Of a stretch of 64,000 nucleotides of DNA, positions 7,261 to 14,408 are shown in pieces. Position 1 is the first letter of the stretch; each line of letters opens with the position of its first letter. The position numbers and the translations under genes were made by a program. Origin of the DNA: an uncultured Dehalococcoidia bacterium (lineage in GTDB: Bacteria > Chloroflexota > Dehalococcoidia > GIF9 > UBA5629); contig CALJTV010000005.1 of assembly GCA_937975645.1 (NCBI GenBank), positions 2,021-66,020 on the forward strand, read 5' to 3'. The notes beneath the pieces were generated by a model, which was not told the origin of the DNA, ran no database searches, and worked only from the letters and a program-made list of their open reading frames with translations.

Positions 7261-8749
7261 AGGAGCGAAGAGCGCCCAGAACAAAAAAGAGTCCGTCAAT
7301 ACCGAACTGCTCGGTGTCGACCTGTTCTGCCACCTGACATATATGGCAGCCGTTTCAACATCAAAACTGCCACGCCACATCGTCTTCGAGTACGCAGCCA
7401 AATTACCCTACATATCTTCTCGATACATAAGAGATGTTACCTTCTTGGCACATCAGCTAAATTACGACTATCCTGAAGCATGCCGCATGATAGGGCAGAG
7501 GGCTAAAGAGCCCGAAGTGCGAGCCCTCCTCCTCAGAATGTCAAACTCCTTCGCCTCGGGCGAGGATGAAGGGGAGTTTCTAGCCAGAGAGGCTTCTGTG
7601 GCCGGTGAAATATATTCAGAACAGTACCAGCACAGCGTCGAAAGCCTGAAAAAATGGACTGATGCTTATGCCGCACTCATCCTTTCCGCTGCCCTCATCG
7701 TGGTCATCTGCGTGGTCTCCATGCTCATCTTCCCCATGGACAAGAACACCATAGCCGTGCTCACCTGGTTCATGCTTGTAGCTATAATGGCTGGCGGCTG
7801 GATTATGTACCGTGCCTCGCCAAAAGAGACCAAGACACACTCTCTCGAAATTAAGTCGCCAGAGCAAGAGATAGGCACCAAACTGTTCAAAGTCATGGTG
7901 CCTCTAGCTGGCATCGTTGGGCTGGTGTGCTTAATTGCCGGGGCACCGCTGGGTGTCACCATGTTGTTACTCGCTGTCCTGCTCCTTCCCCCAGGTCTAG
8001 CACTGTTTATCGACGACCGGAAAATAGACAAAAGAGATGCCGAGATAGGCGGCTTTCTCAGGTCAGTGGGCAGCATCAGTAAAGCTATAGGTGCCACCAT
8101 AGCTGAGACGCTGGACAGACTGGACTACAACGCCCTTCACTCTCTTAAAAATCTCGCTCAGAAATTAAAAGCTTCGCTGAGCTTTGGCATCACACCGCAG
8201 CTATGCTGGCAGAGGTTTGTTGGCGAAACAGGAAGCGAGACCATCCACCGCAGCGTACGCACCTTCTATGATGGTGTCGAACTCGGTGGCGACCCAGAGG
8301 TAATCGGTACCGAATGTGCCGACCTCGCCATGAAGGTCTCTCTGTTGCGAGAAAAAAGGAAAGCAGTGGCTTCGAGCTTTTCCTATCTTTGCATAGTGAT
8401 GCATACAGCCATAGTAGCGCTGCTTGTAGGCATCTATCAGGTCGTACTCAAATTCTCAGAAGCCCTGCAAACGGCTGGGGAATCAGGTGCTATGGAGGGA
8501 CTCACCGGTCTGCCCGTGTTCCAGCTTATCCACGATGCCAGTCAGCTTTCTCAGCTTAAACTCATGACTACAGCCCTGATAATCGTACTCACGCTGGTAA
8601 ATCCTGCAGCAATAAAATTTGTCGAAGGGGGTCACAATTACAAGTACCTTTTCTACCTCAGCATAACTCTGGCGATCTCAGGGCTCTGTCTTCTAGCTGT
8701 CCCCTCTATGGTATCCAACGTGTTCGGTTTCATATCCTTAATAAAGTGA
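7211..8749 (+). CDS. arlJ: ArlJ (FlaJ), polytopic membrane platform protein (TadB/C-GspF-like, duplicated)
   Basis: 'LFCHLTYMAAVSTSKLPRHIVFEYAA' matches the conserved FlaJ N-terminal motif. Multiple TM segments are present and the domain is duplicated. The only in-frame start upstream of the conserved block is ATG 7211, a 50-nt overlap with arlI. Confidence 0.85.
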   Translation: MNFSAFLPKLKTKDSSKGAKSAQNKKESVNTELLGVDLFCHLTYMAAVSTSKLPRHIVFEYAAKLPYISSRYIRDVTFLAHQLNYDYPEACRMIGQRAKEPEVRALLLRMSNSFASGEDEGEFLAREASVAGEIYSEQYQHSVESLKKWTDAYAALILSAALIVVICVVSMLIFPMDKNTIAVLTWFMLVAIMAGGWIMYRASPKETKTHSLEIKSPEQEIGTKLFKVMVPLAGIVGLVCLIAGAPLGVTMLLLAVLLLPPGLALFIDDRKIDKRDAEIGGFLRSVGSISKAIGATIAETLDRLDYNALHSLKNLAQKLKASLSFGITPQLCWQRFVGETGSETIHRSVRTFYDGVELGGDPEVIGTECADLAMKVSLLREKRKAVASSFSYLCIVMHTAIVALLVGIYQVVLKFSEALQTAGESGAMEGLTGLPVFQLIHDASQLSQLKLMTTALIIVLTLVNPAAIKFVEGGHNYKYLFYLSITLAISGLCLLAVPSMVSNVFGFISLIK

Positions 8750-9384
8750 GGCTGTGTATGGACTTCTGGCAATTCGGCATTTACATAGTGATACTCAGCG
8801 GGGCTTCCTCCCTAGTAATCATGACCATAGTCCTCATGGTGAGAAAAATGAGCCAACATACACCTCCACAGTCTAGAGCTAAAAGTAAAACCACCGCTAA
8901 CGAGTGGGCACATGCACCATCCAGCAAGGGTACGGCTGCGTCCGCTACACCACCCACACCAAGCCTCACAGAACAAAGCAAGGTCACCCACGAGGAAACA
9001 ATACAACCGGAACCAGCACAGGAGAGTGCCAGGCTGGATATCACTGAAGAATTGTCGCTGTCAAGCCCGTTGAGCACACCGGGAACAATAGAACCCGCTT
9101 TGCTAGGCGGGGCTAGCGTGCTTGAGCCATCAGGAACAATCGAAACGGTGCTGACAGAGGCGAGCAGCGTGGCACCCGAACAAGCCGATGACCAAACAAA
9201 CGAAGAGTATGACGCAGCAAACAATGAAAACGACGACCCGTTGAGTATCTTCCACATGGAGGATACTCAGGAAAACCCTATCTCTGAACTCAGCGTTTCA
9301 CTCCCTGATATCGATGCATCAAGTCTGCTCAAGGAAGGCAAGGAGATTTTGAGAATTCTGGGGGTCGAAGCAGAAGAGTACTAA
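8746..9384 (+). CDS. Single-pass membrane protein with a long acidic, S/T/P/E-rich, probably disordered domain; unknown function
   Basis: GTG 8746 overlaps the arlJ stop (GTGA); an alternative ATG is at 8758. TM helix 'FGIYIVILSGASSLVIMTIVLMV' is followed by RK. The remainder is low-complexity and acidic, ending in an amphipathic 'LLKEGKEILRILGV'. I recognise no family. Confidence 0.55.
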   Translation: MRLCMDFWQFGIYIVILSGASSLVIMTIVLMVRKMSQHTPPQSRAKSKTTANEWAHAPSSKGTAASATPPTPSLTEQSKVTHEETIQPEPAQESARLDITEELSLSSPLSTPGTIEPALLGGASVLEPSGTIETVLTEASSVAPEQADDQTNEEYDAANNENDDPLSIFHMEDTQENPISELSVSLPDIDASSLLKEGKEILRILGVEAEEY

Positions 9385-9400
9385 AGTACAGGGGGTTACT

Positions 9401-11116
9401 ATGAACAGACAGGATATTCTCCAACAAAAAGACTTACCATCCAATTTCAGACAGAATCCCCTGCCGCAGAAAAAGCGCCACACTACAACTTCCCTGTTCG
9501 GAACCGCTGCGCGCGGTCCCGTGCGCTACTTCTGTTTCGCAATGTTGCTGGCATCATTGCTATTCTCTGCAAGCAAAGTATCTGCTGACAATAGCAAACC
9601 GCGCATCAGTGTACTTCCGGGGCAGGGTCCTGTAGGGACCGAGGTCATCGCACAAATATCTGGCTTCCCAGCTAAGACAGGGGTACTCATCGCCGCACGA
9701 GAGAAGACTTGCATCGTGCAGAAAACAGTAACAGATAACGACGGCGTTGCCCTGGCAACCTTCAAAATAGCAGAGCAGCCAGCCGGCTGGTGTCAGATAT
9801 GGGCTTACGACGAGACAAACATAGCTTGGGTAATGTTCACGGTCGTACCCTCGGTCGAACTCAGTAAAACATCCGGGTACGTCGGCGAAGAAGTGTCCGT
9901 CAATGCCTACGGCTTGGCTGAAAAAAGAGAGGTTACAGTGTATTTCGACGGGAAAAAGGTGGCAGTAGGACAGACGAACGAAAAAGGCACGGCGAGCGGC
10001 CTGACTTTCAAAGTGCCGAAGAGCTGCCGGGGTAAGCACACCATAACAGTCGACGACGGCAAAAACGAGAGCCAGGAGACATCGTTCCTCGTCCACCAGA
10101 AGTTCACTATGGCACCCAAAAGCGGGCAGCCCGGCACCGAGGTCACGGTCTCTGGCACTGGGTTCGCTGCCTCCACCGATGTGATCATCTATTTTGACGA
10201 TAGAGATGTTGCTTTAGCACCCACAGATGACACAGGTAGCTTCACCGCCAACTTTAGGGTGCCTAAAGCTGCCGGAGGAATGCACAGCATCAAGGCTGAC
10301 GATGGCACCAACCGCTACTATGAGGACTTTGCCATCGAAGCTGCGATAGTGCATAACCCCAAAGAAGGTGCTGTTGGCGAAAAGGTGGTTATCGAGGGTG
10401 CCGGCTTTACCCCCAACACACCAGTAACAATCAGTTTCGACAACAAGAAGATCGGGACCACCACCTCTACAAGCGAAGGCTCCTTCATCTTCACCTTCAA
10501 CGTGCCGTCCTGCCTCCACGGCGAACGGACAATTACCGTGTCGGACGGCTCTGTCACCAGACAGGCTAAGTTTATGGTGGACTCCACACCACCTCCTGTA
10601 CCTCGCTTGCTTAGCCCATCAGGCGGCTCCCGTCTTACCAGTGTAACCACCTTCGAATGGGAAGAGGTCACAGACGCCAGCGGTGTCAAGTACGTCCTTG
10701 AAATAGCAACCGATACAGAATTTTCAAACGTAATTATCTCCGCAAAAAACCTGGCTTCTCCCCGATTTACACTTTCCCAGGAGCAACAAAAGCTACTCAA
10801 ACCAGCCAAGACCCCCTACGTATGGCGGGTAAGAGCCATCGATGGTGCTTTCAATTCAAGCGATTGGGCTGAGACAAGATCATTCTTCGTCGGAGCCACT
10901 GTATCTACCGTGGTGAAAAATATGCCGCCTTGGGTGACTTATTCATTGCTTGGCTTGCTTTTTGCCCTGATCGCCACCTTTTTCTACTACCTTGGCTATA
11001 TAAGAAACCAGAAACAGAGCGACTATGCTGAATTGACAATTGACGAGCAAACTCCCCAATGGGAGCAATACGACGAGACCAACTACACTGGTAGCAAAAA
11101 AATGGGTTACAAATGA
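9401..11116 (+). CDS. Cell-surface protein: signal peptide, 4 tandem Ig-like (IPT/TIG-like) repeats, one Fn3-like domain, C-terminal TM anchor
   Basis: Signal-like 'FCFAMLLASLLFSASKVSA|DN'. The repeats carry 'G.PGTEVTVSGTGF...V.IYFD...TD..G.F...F.VP....G.H.I...DG'. Also present: 'TTFEWEEVTDASGVKYVLEIATDTEF...WRVRAIDG' and the TM 'WVTYSLLGLLFALIATFFYYLGYI'. The gap after the upstream gene is 17 nt, with GGGGGT before the ATG. Confidence 0.75.
   Translation: MNRQDILQQKDLPSNFRQNPLPQKKRHTTTSLFGTAARGPVRYFCFAMLLASLLFSASKVSADNSKPRISVLPGQGPVGTEVIAQISGFPAKTGVLIAAREKTCIVQKTVTDNDGVALATFKIAEQPAGWCQIWAYDETNIAWVMFTVVPSVELSKTSGYVGEEVSVNAYGLAEKREVTVYFDGKKVAVGQTNEKGTASGLTFKVPKSCRGKHTITVDDGKNESQETSFLVHQKFTMAPKSGQPGTEVTVSGTGFAASTDVIIYFDDRDVALAPTDDTGSFTANFRVPKAAGGMHSIKADDGTNRYYEDFAIEAAIVHNPKEGAVGEKVVIEGAGFTPNTPVTISFDNKKIGTTTSTSEGSFIFTFNVPSCLHGERTITVSDGSVTRQAKFMVDSTPPPVPRLLSPSGGSRLTSVTTFEWEEVTDASGVKYVLEIATDTEFSNVIISAKNLASPRFTLSQEQQKLLKPAKTPYVWRVRAIDGAFNSSDWAETRSFFVGATVSTVVKNMPPWVTYSLLGLLFALIATFFYYLGYIRNQKQSDYAELTIDEQTPQWEQYDETNYTGSKKMGYK
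9602..10579 (+). repeat. Four tandem intragenic repeats of about 81-83 codons (Ig-like domains)
   Basis: Protein residues about 68-148, 149-231, 232-312 and 313-393 align on shared motifs (GxxVxVxGxGF, YFD, F.VP, G.H.I). The copies are diverged at the DNA level. Confidence 0.7.
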
Positions 11117-11136
11117 ACTGAAAAAGGAGTCAGACA

Positions 11137-12885
11137 ATGATGAGCACACGCATCTATCGCAAACTAAAAATTGAGTCCCGGCAATTGAAATGGCTCATCC
11201 TGGCTATGGCTGGGACCGTCCTGGCAGCAATACAGATAATGAACTGTGTTTTCTCAGGAAAAGAGCCAATCCATGGTGTGTTTGACTGGGCCTTCGCCAT
11301 GGCAATAATTGCTGCGCTTGTCATTTTCAGCTTTCAGTATCTGGGTAAAATTCAAGATGAACTGGTAACCAAAGAACAGGAAGCTACCGAGTCCAGGAGA
11401 AGTCTGCAACACATAATCGATAACACCGAGGATGCGGTAATGGTATTCGACAAATCGGGAAACTGCACCTTTGCCAACAGAGCTCTGGAAAGAATGAGCG
11501 GCTACCCGTTAGATAAACTGACCACAATGAATCTTCACGAGATTCTCACTCCTGAAGACTATCGCTTCCTCATGGATAAAATACAGAACAGCCCTTTGGC
11601 CGAGCTTGCCATTTACGATGACTTCTACTGCGCCCTCCAGCGACGGCACGAAGGAAAGGTGCCAGTGAAAATGCATCTCATGCCGGTGAAAAATAGGGCT
11701 GGCGATATATCTGGGTTCGAAGCCGTCATCCGCGAGCTCAGAGACCAACATTATGAGACAGAAAGGACACACCAGGAGAGGGAACGTTGTCTCAAGGCTG
11801 TTGCCAAAGTGGGACAGATCATGCTCGCCTCGCAAACAGAAATACCATACGGACAAATACTGGAGCTGCTCGGTGGGACTATAGAAGCTACCAGTGCCAG
11901 TATAACCCTGCGTAACGGCAGCTCTAACGGCTCAGAAACCCTGATCAAAATAGCTGATTGGCAAAGCCACCACCTTGTCACTGAAACATCTAATGGCGCC
12001 TCTCCCTGCGTCACATTCGGCATGGAAGCCCCGCAAAAGGGGCAGATAGCGAACACCATCGCAGCCCCGGCACCCCACAGCCACCACCCACCGGCACTTA
12101 TCCTGCCCCTGGTCACTTCCGAAGGACCACTGGGATTCATCACCTTTTGCAAGCAGCCAGGAAACGATAAATGGAGCCCGCTCCATATCAATCTATTGCA
12201 GACTGCCTCAAGCATGCTGGCTGGAGCCATTGAACGCCAGAGGACGAACAAGCTACTCAAACAACACTTTATCTCCCTGGCCCGGGCAATGGCTGGCTCT
12301 CTCTCTTTTATCGACCCATATACCGCCAGCCACCAAGAGCATGTGGCTAGGATGGCACGTCAGATAGGCATAAGACTGGGACTGAACAGCGAGCAATGCG
12401 AATGGCTACATTTCGGCGGACTCCTTCACGATATAGGGAAAGCCGCTATCCCTGTTTCAATCCTTTCCAAACCGGGAAAACTAGAAGCAGAGGAATGGGT
12501 ACTGATAAAGTCACACGTTAAGCGGGGCTGCCAGCTCCTGCAAGAAATCGAACTACCTGAAATAGTAATCAAAATGGTGCTACAACACCACGAACGGCTT
12601 GACGGGTCAGGCTACCCCCATGGCGTCTCTGGCGACGAAATCTGCCTAGAGGCACGCATCCTCGCTGTTTGCGACGTGGTTGAAGCCATGGGCTCCCACA
12701 GACCTTACCGCCCTGCCTTGCCACTGGAGCAAATACTTTCTGAATTGAAGAGCAACCGTGGGACCAAGTACGACGAACAAATAACAGAATTGATGCTGGA
12801 ACTGATTACCTCAGATCCGGGATTCATCGTGTCAGACAGCAATTTCAAGGTAGCAACAAGCGCATTACCGGGAAAAACAACCTGA
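11137..12885 (+). CDS. Membrane-anchored PAS-GAF-HD-GYP protein (predicted c-di-GMP phosphodiesterase)
   Basis: Two N-terminal TM helices. PAS ('LQHIIDNTEDAVMVFDKSGNCTFANRALERMSGY'). A central GAF-like region. HD-GYP core 'HQEHVARMA...GGLLHDIGKAAIP...HHERLDGSGYPHG'. AAAGGAGT lies before the ATG, 20 nt after the upstream stop. Confidence 0.85.
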   Translation: MMSTRIYRKLKIESRQLKWLILAMAGTVLAAIQIMNCVFSGKEPIHGVFDWAFAMAIIAALVIFSFQYLGKIQDELVTKEQEATESRRSLQHIIDNTEDAVMVFDKSGNCTFANRALERMSGYPLDKLTTMNLHEILTPEDYRFLMDKIQNSPLAELAIYDDFYCALQRRHEGKVPVKMHLMPVKNRAGDISGFEAVIRELRDQHYETERTHQERERCLKAVAKVGQIMLASQTEIPYGQILELLGGTIEATSASITLRNGSSNGSETLIKIADWQSHHLVTETSNGASPCVTFGMEAPQKGQIANTIAAPAPHSHHPPALILPLVTSEGPLGFITFCKQPGNDKWSPLHINLLQTASSMLAGAIERQRTNKLLKQHFISLARAMAGSLSFIDPYTASHQEHVARMARQIGIRLGLNSEQCEWLHFGGLLHDIGKAAIPVSILSKPGKLEAEEWVLIKSHVKRGCQLLQEIELPEIVIKMVLQHHERLDGSGYPHGVSGDEICLEARILAVCDVVEAMGSHRPYRPALPLEQILSELKSNRGTKYDEQITELMLELITSDPGFIVSDSNFKVATSALPGKTT

Positions 12886-12913
12886 TGCTACGAACCAAGG
12901 TTTATCTGAGCAA

Positions 12914-13069
12914 TCAGCGCTTTGTCGATATCTCCCGATAAGCGGCAATGGCAAAAGCCACTGCCATGAGTCCAAAAGCCACAGCAATAAGAGGGGTGCC
13001 CTGAAACATAGCACCCGCTATGGCACCAAAAAGGGCTGCTACCGTGGCCACTGACCAGATGACCGCCAT
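12914..13069 (-). CDS. Small two-TM membrane protein (51 aa), unknown function
   Basis: 'MAVIWSVATVAALFGAIAGAMFQGTPLIAVAFGLMAVAFAIAAYREISTKR'. The internal ATG at 13069 is preceded by GAGGAGGT at a 9-nt spacing; the longer ORF-track start lacks an RBS. Confidence 0.4.
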   Translation of the reverse strand: MAVIWSVATVAALFGAIAGAMFQGTPLIAVAFGLMAVAFAIAAYREISTKR

Positions 13070-13202
13070 TTTCCTATTTACCTCCTCTCGGCTGCCCGCA
13101 GCACCACAGGTGAAGAGTTCAGGTAACATCTATGCTGCAAAGCTGACTTTGATTACCAGTATACAATAACTGATTGCGTTATGCTAGACTTCACGGAGCA
13201 AA

Positions 13203-13901
13203 TCACCGGTACGCGCGGACAAAATGACACTTCTCGCTTATCCGACAGAGGCAATTCACCACATCTGGATCGTAGAGGATATCCCTACACCTCACAATTT
13301 CTTCCAGCGCCTCTTCAGGGCTATGCGCCGGACGGTATGGGCGGTGGGAAACCATAGAATCAAAAACATCTGCCACAGCCACTATCCTCGCCTCAAGGAT
13401 TATCTCGTCACCACGTAGTCCTGTCGGATACCCGCTTCCATCTAACCTCTCATGGTGGTGCAGCACCACCTGAGCAACAGGCCAGGGAAATTCAAGGTTT
13501 TTTAGCACGTCATGACCGACCTTGGAATGTGACTTGACAAGGTTAAACTCCTCAGCACTAAGCCTGCCTGGCTTGTTAAGAATCTCGCCTGGAAGGGTTA
13601 CTTTGCCTATATCATGGACCATGCCCATCACGCAGATACCATCGTTTTGCTGCTCACTTAGCCCAAGCTCTTTGCCTAGAGCGTAAGCTAACTGGGCTAC
13701 CCTTAGCTGGTGTTCAGCAGTATAAGCGTCCTTCTTCTCACACAGGGTGACCATTGCCCAGATTGCCTTATTCAATACCTTCTGCTCAACGACAAATTCT
13801 GGTCCCGTCCTACCCCTTAGGCCCAAAAGCTCCCAACTTCCATCAATAGGACCGCCACCGTTGTCCCGTCCACAAGAGCGAGTCATTTTTCTGTCCTCCA
13901 C
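13203..13901 (-). CDS. Stand-alone HD-GYP domain protein (predicted c-di-GMP phosphodiesterase)
   Basis: 'YTAEHQLRVAQLAYALG', 'GMVHDIGKVTLP', 'HHHERLDGSGYPTG', 'VADVFDSMVSHRPYR'. Confidence 0.85.
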   Translation of the reverse strand: MEDRKMTRSCGRDNGGGPIDGSWELLGLRGRTGPEFVVEQKVLNKAIWAMVTLCEKKDAYTAEHQLRVAQLAYALGKELGLSEQQNDGICVMGMVHDIGKVTLPGEILNKPGRLSAEEFNLVKSHSKVGHDVLKNLEFPWPVAQVVLHHHERLDGSGYPTGLRGDEIILEARIVAVADVFDSMVSHRPYRPAHSPEEALEEIVRCRDILYDPDVVNCLCRISEKCHFVRAYR

Positions 13902-14048
13902 TTACCCTAGATTTCACTACACTTGCATTGCAATACACAGGGCAGCCAAATCTTGCCGCCGAACACAGGCTAAGCAAAAATCCACCTGATTCTACTGACG
14001 TGTTTTCTAAGGTAAGGGAACGGCGCAGAAACAAAACAGTTTAGTCGC

Positions 14049-14405
14049 CTAAGAACAACGACTACAGTGTCTTTTCCACCGGTCTAGAGCCCCAGCTAAC
14101 CTCTGTCCCACAGTAACAGTCACATCGGACTCCTGAACTGGTTCACCATTTACTGACTCGCCAGCCACTACCACTGTAGCTACTCTACCAGTCCTGTTCT
14201 CCACCCTGTCGGCACAAGCTCGGAAACAACCACACAGGATGACCACCACCTCAGCATTGCCCGATGCTGGAGATACCACCTCGAAATCACTAGAGCTCTC
14301 CGCAACGGTACGCAAATGGCGTGCTATCCGGCTAAGGTCTACATAGGGATTGCAACAGCCACAGAACTTCAGGGCTACTCGGCATTTACGCAAACAATGG
14401 CTCAA
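14049..14405 (-). CDS. Small Cys-rich protein, coupled to abfD; unknown function (possible metal or Fe-S binding)
   Basis: The start lies 3 nt after the abfD stop. Ten Cys in 118 aa, including 'CLRKC', 'FCGCC', 'LCGCFRAC' and the C-terminal 'HCSRCS'. Confidence 0.5.
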   Translation of the reverse strand: MSHCLRKCRVALKFCGCCNPYVDLSRIARHLRTVAESSSDFEVVSPASGNAEVVVILCGCFRACADRVENRTGRVATVVVAGESVNGEPVQESDVTVTVGQRLAGALDRWKRHCSRCS

Positions 14406-14408
14406 TTC

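Noticed and set aside
8781-9257. Long antisense ORFs opposite real genes (for example 8781-9257, 9560-10096, 10318-10809, 11751-12260, 49206-49880, 59878-60594, 62341-63159)
   Set aside because: Each lies opposite a CDS with strong family motifs. Each has biased, repetitive amino-acid composition typical of shadow ORFs. None has convincing start signals.
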